The notes beneath the pieces were generated by a model that saw only the letters and a list, made by a program, of their open reading frames with translations, had not been told where the DNA came from and did not search any database. 64,000 bases of DNA from Candidatus Binatia bacterium (GTDB lineage: Bacteria > Desulfobacterota > Binatia > HRBIN30), in contig JBBRSP010000006.1 in NCBI GenBank assembly GCA_038245295.1, forward strand, positions 96,001-160,000, given 5' to 3'. Shown piece by piece: positions 41,319-50,362 of the stretch (positions are counted from its first letter, which is position 1; each line of letters opens with the position of its first letter). The position numbers were made by a program, and so were the translations under genes.

Positions 41319-42665
41319 TCAGAGGCCACCCCCCTTACCACCACCACCACCACCACCACCACCGCCGCCGCCGCCGCCACTGACGGAGCATGGATTGACC
41401 AGCGGACACACGCCGACGCCGGCACTCACGCCACCGCCAGCCGTACACGCATCCTGCGTGCGATCCTGACACTCGAGCTCACCGCTCGGGCTGGGCAGGC
41501 AACACATGACGTCGGGGTTCGGCGGTAGAACCGTGGCACAGGTGTCGGCAGCACACACGCCAATGCCCTTGTTCACACCACCAGAGCCCGCGCAGTCGGC
41601 TTCGGTACGATCCTCACACTCGATCTCGCTACCGGCCGGGTTTGGCAAACAGCACATCACGGGCGGATTCGGTGGGGCGATGTCGGCACACGTGGTTGGA
41701 TCGCACGCGGCAACAATTCCGGTCTTCACCACACCACCGCCGTCGACGCAGGCCGTCGCCGAGCGATCTTCACATTCGACCTCGGTGCCGGCGGCGTTCG
41801 GAAGACAACAAATGCCGTGCCCCGTGGACGGCGGCAACACACCGCAAGGATTCGGCGAACACGCGCCAGCGCCCTTGTTGATGCCACCGAGTGTCGTGCA
41901 CTCGGCAACGGTATGCGATTCGCACGCCCAGACGTAGTACGCAGCTACACAACACTGCACGTCTTCACTCGGGTCCTGCGGAACACTCGTGGTACATGGA
42001 TTTAGATCGCAGGAGGCCGCCGCGACAAGGGAGCCGCCGCCAGCAAGACACTCGGTCTGGGTCTTGTTCGAACACTGCGGTCCAAGCTCGTTGGGGGAAC
42101 AACAAACGACGCTGATGGCCGGAGGCGGCGTCGCACCGCAGGGGTTGGGTAGACACGATGCAGCCGCAGAGACTATGCCGCCGCGCGCCGCGCATTCGTC
42201 GGTGGTCCGATCTTCGCACTTCGGACCGTGATCGTCCGGCACACAACACGCCACGTCGGTATCGTCACCCATCGTCGGCAGGTTCCCCGCCAACACCTTG
42301 TTACCGCTGGCACCGCGTAGCTCGATGGCCTGGCCGCGCGGATCGAAGCCGAGCAACAAGTCGGCGCGGCGCGGCACGCTGCTGAACTTCGCGTTGATGC
42401 GGCCGCGGCCATTGGAGTGCAAGGTTGCGACCTTGATGCCGCCGACCACCAAGTCGTAGTCGGCATCGATATCGAGTTTCTGTAGGCGAACCTGGAATGT
42501 CCCGGTCGATCCATCGCGCACGTGCACCGTGGCCTTGCCACGCGCATCCGGCGATTCGGTGGATGCTGCCAGAACCACCTTTGAGCTCAGACGCCGGGCG
42601 TGAACCGGTACCGCCAGAAGCGCGGTCAGACAAAGGATGGACAGTAGGGCGAGTCGATTCTTCAT
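41319..42665 (-). CDS. Secreted Cys-rich repeat protein with poly-Gly tail
   Basis: Signal peptide; N-terminal beta-rich domain; six CC..C..C..GG..C..C repeats; AGGAGG RBS. Confidence 0.8.
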   Translation of the reverse strand: MKNRLALLSILCLTALLAVPVHARRLSSKVVLAASTESPDARGKATVHVRDGSTGTFQVRLQKLDIDADYDLVVGGIKVATLHSNGRGRINAKFSSVPRRADLLLGFDPRGQAIELRGASGNKVLAGNLPTMGDDTDVACCVPDDHGPKCEDRTTDECAARGGIVSAAASCLPNPCGATPPPAISVVCCSPNELGPQCSNKTQTECLAGGGSLVAAASCDLNPCTTSVPQDPSEDVQCCVAAYYVWACESHTVAECTTLGGINKGAGACSPNPCGVLPPSTGHGICCLPNAAGTEVECEDRSATACVDGGGVVKTGIVAACDPTTCADIAPPNPPVMCCLPNPAGSEIECEDRTEADCAGSGGVNKGIGVCAADTCATVLPPNPDVMCCLPSPSGELECQDRTQDACTAGGGVSAGVGVCPLVNPCSVSGGGGGGGGGGGGGGKGGGL

Positions 42666-42710
42666 GGGTTCCTCCTAGATGGCGTCTTGAGCGACGACAC
42701 AGGGGAACAG

Positions 42711-42726
42711 TGCAATGGCCATACCA
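42711..42726 (-). promoter_or_regulatory. Putative sigma54 promoter
   Basis: Minus-strand TGGTATGGCCATTGCA (GG-N10-GC), about 45 bp upstream of ATG 42665. Confidence 0.6.
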
Positions 42727-42868
42727 AAGTCGATTTGGGACCGGCTACGCCATCCACGGAGTCGATTCGGGCCCCTTTGGGGCAGATGCCCCAGCGATTT
42801 GGGTTGGATGGCCCGAAGACCGCCATCGGCTCTGGTGCGCGCGGAAGGTTTCGCATAGGTAGGCGCGC

Positions 42869-44221
42869 ATGCGCATAACTGTCGTGGCCTTGCTCGCTTT
42901 GTTGACGCTTGCTGCCGGCTGTGGGGACGACGGCGAGGGAACTCCTGTCGCCGCAGGTCCGTGTGGTCCGAACCCCGCGCTCGCCAAACAACGCGACGCC
43001 TGTGAGTTCGCACCGGGTGCCCCGGCGGAACAGACCATCGGCGAGTGCACCGGGAACAAGATCCCGATCGAACACGTCGTCATCATCATGCAGGAGAACC
43101 GTTCGTTCGATCAGTACTTCGGTCACCTGCGCGGTCATGGTCAGGACGATATCGACGTGGCCCCTGCCGCCGCCACAAATCCCGACCCGTCGGGCGCCGC
43201 CGTCCCATGGCATCACGAGAGCGCCTATTGCGTCGAGGACACCGACCACGGTTGGAGCGCCAGCCATGAGCAGTGGAATAACGGCAGAAACGACGGCTTT
43301 GCCACCAGCAACGCCAGCTCGGGAGATCCCACAGGGCAACGCGCCCTCGGCTACTACGAGCAGTCGGATCTGCCATTCTACTACGACCTCGCCTCAACGT
43401 TCGCGATGTCGGATCGTTACTTCTGTTCGCTCCTCGGTCCTACCTATCCGAACCGCTACTACCTGGCGGCCGGAACGTCCTTCGGTATCGTGACCACGAG
43501 CCTTACAAAGCTCGCCCCGCGCGGTACGGCGAACATCTACCGTTCACTCAATGCCAAGGGCATCACCTGGAAGTCCTACTACGCCAGCCTACCGAGCCTG
43601 TTTCTGTTCCCGGACTTGCAGACCACGCAGAACGATCATCTCTTCCCGATCGAACAGTTCGCCAAGGACGCGGCCGACGGCACCCTGCCGCAGGTCTCCT
43701 TCGTCGAAGCCGGTTTCTCCGAGCAAGCGTTCATCGAGACCGACGAACATCCGCCGGCGGACATGCAACTCGGTCAACATTGGGTGTGGGATCAGGTGAC
43801 GGCACTGACCAAGAGCCCACTCTGGGAAAAGTCAGCGCTGTTCCTCACCTACGACGAGCATGGCGGACTCTACGATCACGTGTCGCCGCCGGCAGCTTGC
43901 GTGCCGGACGGCACTCCGCCGAAGCAAAATCCGGAGCTCGGCGGCTTTGATCGCCTCGGCTTCCGCGTGCCGCTCATCGTCGTCTCGCCATGGGCCCGCC
44001 GCCACTATGTCTCACACGAGGTCCACAGCCACACATCGATCCTGCGCTTCCTCGAAGCGAAGTTCGATCTGCCGGCGCTCACCAAACGCGACGCCAACTC
44101 CGACGCGATGCTCGATCTTTTCGACTTCGACTCGCCGCCGCGCCTGCAGGTTCCGCAGTTCGCCGAGCCACCGGTCGACGCGGCGCAACTCAATCAGTGC
44201 CGAGCGGAGTTTCCGGGCTAG
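42869..44221 (+). CDS. Phospholipase C/phosphoesterase family lipoprotein
   Basis: Lipobox LAAGC; IEHVVIIMQENRSFDQYFG, GPTYPNR, DEHP, TYDEHGGLYDHV, GFRVP, HTSIL. Confidence 0.9.
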   Translation: MRITVVALLALLTLAAGCGDDGEGTPVAAGPCGPNPALAKQRDACEFAPGAPAEQTIGECTGNKIPIEHVVIIMQENRSFDQYFGHLRGHGQDDIDVAPAAATNPDPSGAAVPWHHESAYCVEDTDHGWSASHEQWNNGRNDGFATSNASSGDPTGQRALGYYEQSDLPFYYDLASTFAMSDRYFCSLLGPTYPNRYYLAAGTSFGIVTTSLTKLAPRGTANIYRSLNAKGITWKSYYASLPSLFLFPDLQTTQNDHLFPIEQFAKDAADGTLPQVSFVEAGFSEQAFIETDEHPPADMQLGQHWVWDQVTALTKSPLWEKSALFLTYDEHGGLYDHVSPPAACVPDGTPPKQNPELGGFDRLGFRVPLIVVSPWARRHYVSHEVHSHTSILRFLEAKFDLPALTKRDANSDAMLDLFDFDSPPRLQVPQFAEPPVDAAQLNQCRAEFPG

Positions 44222-44233
44222 CGGCTGACTGTA

Positions 44234-44293
44234 CCGCAGGACTGCGCCTACCGCGCTGAATACGGGGCGGTAGGCGCAGGCTTCAGCCTGCGG
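44234..44293. repeat. Inverted pair of GTAG-type REP-like elements
   Basis: CTGCGCCTACCGC...GCGGTAGGCGCAG 13-bp inverted repeat; GTAGGCGCAGGCTTCAGCCTGCG has a GTAG tetramer plus hairpin. Confidence 0.65.
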
Positions 44294-44315
44294 CGTGTGA
44301 TGAGTCTCCGCCGAA

Positions 44316-47300
44316 TCAAACCACCTGCACCTCACGCTGCTCGAACAAGTGATCGAGCCATAACGACGTGAGCTTCTCCGCCGCCGAGTTCTGCCGCAGC
44401 CGCTCGTGCAGGAATCGGAAGTCGACGCTGTCGAGCAGTTGGTCCTGATTGGCGCAGCTGAAGACGAGTTGCTCCTTGCCGGTTGCCGGGTCGACCTGCC
44501 GCTGCAGACATTGTGAGCAAACTTCCTTCAGCATGCATTGCATCGGCGAGTTGATGGAACCGATGGCGACATGTTCGGTCTTCAGAAGATCGCTCAGCAC
44601 TGCGTGACGGGCCAGCCGCACCGCGTCCATCATCCGATCCGAGCCGATGCAAATGACACGTTGCACTTCCTGCAACCGCAGCGGCTGATCGCCGAGTTTT
44701 CCGTGCCCATAGGCTTCCATCGCCTGCACGATGTTCATGACGACACTGCGGTCCTGCGGCCGATGCGTCTCGATCGGCTGCCCTTCGTCGACGCTCCAAA
44801 CGACGATGTCGCACGCATCCTCAATGGCGCGGCGCTTGACCAGATCACCGGCGCGTTTGTAACCGGCGAAATAGATGACATGGTTGTTGTTGGCCTTCAT
44901 CGCCGCGGCAATGGAGAACAACACCGCATTGCCTAGCCCGCCGCCGGCCAACAGAACCGTTTCGCCTTGCGGGATCTCGGTCGGCACACCGGTCGGCCCC
45001 ATCAACACGATTTCCTCGCCCGGCTCCAGCATTGAGCACAAACGCGACGAGCCGCCCATTTCGAGAACGATGAGCGAGATGAGACCGCGTTCCTTGTCGG
45101 TCCACGCCCCCGTCAGCGCCAGCCCTTCCATCGTCAAGCGGATGCCTTCGACGACATCCGCCGCACCTTCGTAATTCTGCACGCGATAGAACTGGCCGGG
45201 TTGGAAATTGCGCGTCGCCATCGGCGCCCGCACGATGACTTCGACGATGCGATCGGCCAGACGAATCGCGTCGACCACGACGGCGCGTAGGCCGTCGTCG
45301 AGCACTTCGGCAAAACGCACCCAGGCGTTCTCGCGCTCGGCTTGCTCAGCCAGGTCCTGCTGCGCTACTTCCTTTTCGAAGAGACGGGCGATCTCCGGGT
45401 AGCCCCAGCGCGCCGACGCCATGGCTTTGACGACGTTGCCGGCGAACACCGGATGGGCATCACCGTAAAACGTCACGAAGCGGCCACTGCGCTCATAAGA
45501 GGTAAAGAAGCCGACGCCGTCGCCGCTGACCGGCTGTAAGCGCCTCTCCCCGTCGGCCGTTTCCTCGACGACGTGCATCGCGAAACACGAGCGCTTCTGA
45601 TCGAGGACAAACGTGCCAGGATGTTCCTTCTCGTAGACAACGTTGGGGCTGGTCCCCGCTGCAACCACCACAGCGCGCGCCGGCAGATCGACAATCTCGC
45701 CGGTATCGCGCCACTTGCCGTCGGCAACCGCCTGGCGTGTACAGCGCACGGTTTCGATGTGGCCGTTGTCGTCCAACACACAGGCGTTCGGACTCATACA
45801 CTCGACGAAGCCGATGCCTTCCTCGAGAGCCTTGATGACCTCTTCGTGATTGAGCCGGTATGCCGGCGAGTCTTGCAAACGTTTGCGATACGCAATCGTC
45901 ACGCCGCCCCACGAACGCACGAGACGCGCGAAGTCGGGCGAACGGCCGGCGGCGTTGGCGGCCGCACGCTCGGCTTGCACGAGACGCCCATGATCGAGCC
46001 AGGTGCGAATCGCCTTGGCTTCCTCGGCGTCGAGCTTGGCCCAGATCGCGTCCTCGCCGATGCGGCGTTTGAGACGCTCGAAGCGCTCCAGCGTCTTCTC
46101 AACCTCAACGACGTAGTAGGCCTGCAACTCGGTGGCCGTGTCGATCGCTGTCAAGCCGCCGCCGATGACGATCGCCGGCAACTCGATCTGCAGGTTGGTG
46201 AGCGAGTTCTTGCGGTAGGCGCCCTGCCCTTGCAGCGCCATGAGGAAGTCCGACGCCATCCGCATGCCACGGGCCAGATTGTTCTGCATCGGCACGATGG
46301 TCGGGCGACCGGCACCCGCCGTGATGGCAACGTGATCGAAGCCGAAATGCCAGGCGTCCTCAACACCGATGGTGCCGCCAAAACGTACGCCGTCGAGCAA
46401 CCGGAATTTCTTACGGCGCATCAGCAGGATGTAATTGATGTCGAGGAAGTTCTTGTCCCAACGTACCGTGATGCCGTACTCGGCGACACCACCGAAGCCG
46501 AGCGTCGGTCGTTGCGACAGCGGGCCAACGATATCTTCGACGTCACGGATCGGCCGCGGCACGCGCCGTTTGGCGCCGCGTAGGTGGGGCGCCAGTGGCT
46601 CGACCTTCAAACCTTCGATGCCGACGACACCGAAGCCTTCGTTCAACAGATGCTGCGCCAGCGTGTAGCCGGCCGGCCCCATACCGGCGATCAGGACGTT
46701 CTTGCCGTTGTAGCGCAGCGGATACGGACGCCGCGCGTTGATCGGGTTCCAGCGCGTAAGCAGCGAAACGATCTCAAAGCCATACGGGAGATGCAGTACT
46801 TCGGTCAGAATCCCGGTCTCGATTTGCGGGATGTTCACCGGCTCCTGCTTCTGGAAGATGCACGACTTCATGCAATCGTTGCAGATGCGATGGCCCGTGC
46901 CGGCCAGCATCGGGTTGTCGATCATGATCATCGCCAGCGCGCCGATCGGATGCCCCTCGCGGTAGAGTTGGATCATCTCGGAGATCTTTTCGTCGAGCGG
47001 GCAACCATTGAGCTTGATGCCGAGCGGGTTCTTCTGCACCTCGCCGCTCTTGTCGTGCAGTCCTGTCGAGCACGAATCCTTGGCGCGGTCGTGACACGTT
47101 AAGCAATAATGCGACTCGCGCAGATTCTCGCGCCGCCCGTTGCGCGGATCGGTGAGATCGAAGCCGTCGCGGTGACGACGATGCTCCGGCGGCCCCATGA
47201 ACAGCTCGGGAAGATCAGGACGCGGCCGCACCCGCGGCACCAGTTCGTCGAAGTCGAGCTTCTGCGGCACTTGAAAACAGGCCAGCTTCTTGCGCCGATC

Positions 47301-47939
47301 GGCGAGCGCCGGGTGAAAGCCGAGCACACGCACCCAGGCTTCGACGGTTGCGAGCTGCGCGAGGGCTGCGGGTAGGTCTGCCGAGTCGGCGTTGCTCGCG
47401 GTGCGTTGCTGCAGCAGGGTCGTCACCGTCGCCAGTTCGCGTTCCGGATCACCGATGAGCGCCGCATCGGGCATCACAGCGTCGACAACCTGGCGGTAGC
47501 TGAACTCAACTTCGACCGGATCCATGCGCGCGACTTCCGCGGCAAGCGGTGGCGCCTTGAGGATGCGGCGCTCGATGAAGTTGCGCTTCCACTCGAAGAC
47601 GACCTCGTCGCCGCGCACCTTGGCGCACAACTCGGCATACTCCGACTCGATATGAAACAGGCGCGCGATGAAGTCGCTGAGATACGGCGACACCTTGAGG
47701 AGAACTTCCGATGCTTGCAGCGCCGGCCAGCCCTCTCCCTTCTCACCGCGCAAGCGCGCGAAATCATCGGCGAGCGCCGGATCGGCGGCGCGCAGCTCGG
47801 AGAGGAAGGCGCTGTCGAGTGCTTCGAGACGACGCACACGATTGAGATCGGCGAATTTGAAGCCGGGAACACCGAGCTGGAGATTCCAGGCGCGTGCTTC
47901 TTGGCGCGGATGATTGTCGGGCAAATGCGTCAGGGCCAT
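44316..47939 (-). CDS. Fused GltD/NfnL-like + FNR/NfnS-like FAD/Fe-S oxidoreductase
   Basis: CLTCH...C...GCP and HRICNDCMKSC Fe-S motifs; GMGPAG and IGGGLTAIDTA; C-terminal PGQF, MGPTG, AGGGLG and MQCMLKEVCSQC...C [2Fe-2S]. Confidence 0.8.
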   Translation of the reverse strand: MALTHLPDNHPRQEARAWNLQLGVPGFKFADLNRVRRLEALDSAFLSELRAADPALADDFARLRGEKGEGWPALQASEVLLKVSPYLSDFIARLFHIESEYAELCAKVRGDEVVFEWKRNFIERRILKAPPLAAEVARMDPVEVEFSYRQVVDAVMPDAALIGDPERELATVTTLLQQRTASNADSADLPAALAQLATVEAWVRVLGFHPALADRRKKLACFQVPQKLDFDELVPRVRPRPDLPELFMGPPEHRRHRDGFDLTDPRNGRRENLRESHYCLTCHDRAKDSCSTGLHDKSGEVQKNPLGIKLNGCPLDEKISEMIQLYREGHPIGALAMIMIDNPMLAGTGHRICNDCMKSCIFQKQEPVNIPQIETGILTEVLHLPYGFEIVSLLTRWNPINARRPYPLRYNGKNVLIAGMGPAGYTLAQHLLNEGFGVVGIEGLKVEPLAPHLRGAKRRVPRPIRDVEDIVGPLSQRPTLGFGGVAEYGITVRWDKNFLDINYILLMRRKKFRLLDGVRFGGTIGVEDAWHFGFDHVAITAGAGRPTIVPMQNNLARGMRMASDFLMALQGQGAYRKNSLTNLQIELPAIVIGGGLTAIDTATELQAYYVVEVEKTLERFERLKRRIGEDAIWAKLDAEEAKAIRTWLDHGRLVQAERAAANAAGRSPDFARLVRSWGGVTIAYRKRLQDSPAYRLNHEEVIKALEEGIGFVECMSPNACVLDDNGHIETVRCTRQAVADGKWRDTGEIVDLPARAVVVAAGTSPNVVYEKEHPGTFVLDQKRSCFAMHVVEETADGERRLQPVSGDGVGFFTSYERSGRFVTFYGDAHPVFAGNVVKAMASARWGYPEIARLFEKEVAQQDLAEQAERENAWVRFAEVLDDGLRAVVVDAIRLADRIVEVIVRAPMATRNFQPGQFYRVQNYEGAADVVEGIRLTMEGLALTGAWTDKERGLISLIVLEMGGSSRLCSMLEPGEEIVLMGPTGVPTEIPQGETVLLAGGGLGNAVLFSIAAAMKANNNHVIYFAGYKRAGDLVKRRAIEDACDIVVWSVDEGQPIETHRPQDRSVVMNIVQAMEAYGHGKLGDQPLRLQEVQRVICIGSDRMMDAVRLARHAVLSDLLKTEHVAIGSINSPMQCMLKEVCSQCLQRQVDPATGKEQLVFSCANQDQLLDSVDFRFLHERLRQNSAAEKLTSLWLDHLFEQREVQVV

Positions 47940-48182
47940 GCGACCACCTCAGCCGCCAATCGTGCCCCAAAGCCCTCCACCGCGCTAGGTGCGGCGTGGC
48001 TAATGCTGCGTGTGTGCGCCGGTTATCGCGGTCTCTCTGCTTTTGTTGCGGGCCGGTTGGGTCGCGGCGGCCGAGTCGGGCGGGGCGCTGCACGTAAACT
48101 TCGGCGATCAACCGACGCTCAGTTCGCCGCAGCCTGAAGCCTGCGGGGGTGGTCCAACGCGAATTGTCCTCACCGGACAAAA

Positions 48183-48252
48183 ATGACGCGAACGTCATAA
48201 TTTGATTGACCCAAGATTGGCAGGCGCGTAGAGAATGTGACGCACACGTCAT
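48183..48252. promoter_or_regulatory. Two TGACG-N4-CGTCA palindromes flanking a sigma70-like promoter (candidate TetR operators)
   Basis: ATGACGCGAACGTCAT (48183-98) and GTGACGCACACGTCAT (48237-52); TTGACC (48206-11) and TAGAGAAT lie between them. Confidence 0.7.
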
Positions 48253-48276
48253 ATTTCAAACAAGGAGACCGCCGCC

Positions 48277-49488
48277 ATGGGACTCACCGAAATCGACATC
48301 GACCTGGGCGAAGAAGAACGTTCGATCCAAGCGACGGTCCACCAGTTCGCGGCGGACGTCATGCGACCCGCCGGGCGTCAGCTCGACCGCATGGCGAATC
48401 CCGCCGACGTTACCGCGCGCAGCTCGGTCTTGTGGGACGTCTTCGAAAAGTATCGCGGCCTCGGACTCGAGGCGCTCAACACCGACCCGGCTCTCGCCGG
48501 CACAGCGAAGCTGGCACGCATTCACGCGCTGGTGCAGGAAGAGCTCGGCTGGGGTGATGCCGGCCTCGCCATCAGCCTGGCGGTCACCGGCTTTCCGGCG
48601 ATGTTCGCGCGCCTGGTTGGTCGACCGGAACTGATCGAACGCTTCGCGGCGCCCGGTAGTCGCGAGATCGGCTGCTGGGCGATCACCGAGCCCAACCACG
48701 GCAGCGATGTGCTCGGCTTCAATCAGTCGTTCTTCACCGACACCAAGATCCACGCCGACTGCATCGCCACCAAAGACGGCGACGACTACGTGATCCGCGG
48801 CCAGAAGGCGGCCTGGGTTTCGAACGGCACCATCGCCACGGTGGCTGCGTTGTTCTGCAACCTCGATCCGGCGCACGGCCTGCGCGACGGCGGCGTCGCC
48901 CTGGTTCCACTCGGCTTACCCGGCGTCTCACGTGGTGCGCCGCTCGACAAGCTCGGCCAACGCGCCCTCAACCAGGGTGAGATCTTCTTCGACGATGTAC
49001 GGATCCCGGCGAGTTACATGATCATCGGCGCCGAGGCCTATCAGATGGTGGTCGAGATGGTTCTAACGATGGCCAACGCGCACATGGGTGTCACCTTCGT
49101 CGGCGTCGCGCGCGCCGCCTTCGAACACGCCCTCGCCTACGCGCACGAACGGGTACAGGGCGGCGCGCCGATCGCCCGCCACCAGGCGGTGAAGATGAAG
49201 CTGTTCCGCATGTTCCAGCAGACCGAGGCGGCGCGATCCCTGGCGCGACGCGTCTTCCTCTACAACGCCACCCAGAGTCCGCCGCTTCTCGAATACTCGA
49301 TCGCCTCGAAGACGTTCTGCACGCAGACCGCCTTCGATGTAGCCAACACCGCCGTGCAGGTCTTCGGCGGCAACGGCCTGAGCCGCGAATACCCGGTCGA
49401 GAAGCTGCTGCGCGACGCGCGCGCCTCGCTCATCGAAGATGGCTGCAACGACATGCTGTCGCTGGTCGGCGCCGACAAGCTGCATTGA
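48277..49488 (+). CDS. Acyl-CoA dehydrogenase
   Basis: AITEPNHGSD, GQKAWVSNG, KLGQR, RVQGG, QVFGGNG, RDAR; AAGGAG RBS. Confidence 0.93.
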   Translation: MGLTEIDIDLGEEERSIQATVHQFAADVMRPAGRQLDRMANPADVTARSSVLWDVFEKYRGLGLEALNTDPALAGTAKLARIHALVQEELGWGDAGLAISLAVTGFPAMFARLVGRPELIERFAAPGSREIGCWAITEPNHGSDVLGFNQSFFTDTKIHADCIATKDGDDYVIRGQKAAWVSNGTIATVAALFCNLDPAHGLRDGGVALVPLGLPGVSRGAPLDKLGQRALNQGEIFFDDVRIPASYMIIGAEAYQMVVEMVLTMANAHMGVTFVGVARAAFEHALAYAHERVQGGAPIARHQAVKMKLFRMFQQTEAARSLARRVFLYNATQSPPLLEYSIASKTFCTQTAFDVANTAVQVFGGNGLSREYPVEKLLRDARASLIEDGCNDMLSLVGADKLH

Positions 49489-49545
49489 TCGCCCCGCCAT
49501 GCATCGTGCCGCGATGCTCCGCCGGGTTTGAAGGGAGAAGCTGCC

Positions 49546-50334
49546 ATGGAATTGAGAGAAGTCATCGGTCGCCGCCGTTCGATCCGTTTCCTATTGCCGT
49601 ACAAGCCCGTCGAGCCGGAGAAGATCCAGCGCATGCTCGAGGCGGCGCGCATCGCCTCACACTGGGGCAACGTGCAGAGCCTGCGCGCCCTCGTCGTGTT
49701 CCGCGACAGGGCGCCAGCCGCCACACTCGACGCTCTGCAAGCGCCGATTGCCGGCTTTCAGATCCGTTTGGCCCCGGTAGTCATCGTCTGGTACGTCGAA
49801 ACCGCCGCCGTCGATGAGCAATCCGACCGTCTGCGCGAGTTGCTCAAGGCCGGCGCCCTCGGCTTCGGCGCCGACAAGGAGAAGGCGCTCGAGACGCAGC
49901 TCATCCCGATCTTCGAAAGCATCCGCGAGACTCTCAAGCAGCCCGGTCTCAACGAAGTCGACTGCGGTCAGGGTATCGCGCAAGCGACGCTGATGGCGTT
50001 CGAGCAGGGTCTGGGGACCTGCTGCCTCGGCACGCCGTACGGCGACACGATTCGCCAGGGGCTCGGCATTCCCGACACCTGCCGCGTCTTGCTGCTGCAG
50101 ACCGTTGGTTATCCGGCTGAAAGCCCCGAGGCCGGCGGCCAACGCCCGCGCCAACCGTTCGAGAAAATCTTTCAGATGAACACCTACGACACACCCTTCC
50201 CGCGCGCCGCCGACGTCGTCGCCGAGCTCGAGGAGGACAACCTGCTGCAAGCGGCAGCGCCGCTGGCATGGCGCGAGGCCGAGCTCGAGTATCTGCGCAC
50301 CGCTCTCGGCATCAAGGGGCACGGGTTGCTGTGA
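49546..50334 (+). CDS. Nitroreductase-family FMN protein
   Basis: IGRRRSIR FMN-binding start, DCG, GLGTC, VGYP. Confidence 0.85.
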   Translation: MELREVIGRRRSIRFLLPYKPVEPEKIQRMLEAARIASHWGNVQSLRALVVFRDRAPAATLDALQAPIAGFQIRLAPVVIVWYVETAAVDEQSDRLRELLKAGALGFGADKEKALETQLIPIFESIRETLKQPGLNEVDCGQGIAQATLMAFEQGLGTCCLGTPYGDTIRQGLGIPDTCRVLLLQTVGYPAESPEAGGQRPRQPFEKIFQMNTYDTPFPRAADVVAELEEDNLLQAAAPLAWREAELEYLRTALGIKGHGLL

Positions 50335-50362
50335 GCCCGCGAGGATCGAGGAGGAACCTACC

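Noticed and set aside
41341..42260. Possible CRISPR or DNA repeat array
   Set aside because: The repetition is at protein level (Cys repeats, poly-Gly); there are no identical spaced DNA repeats and no cas genes in the window
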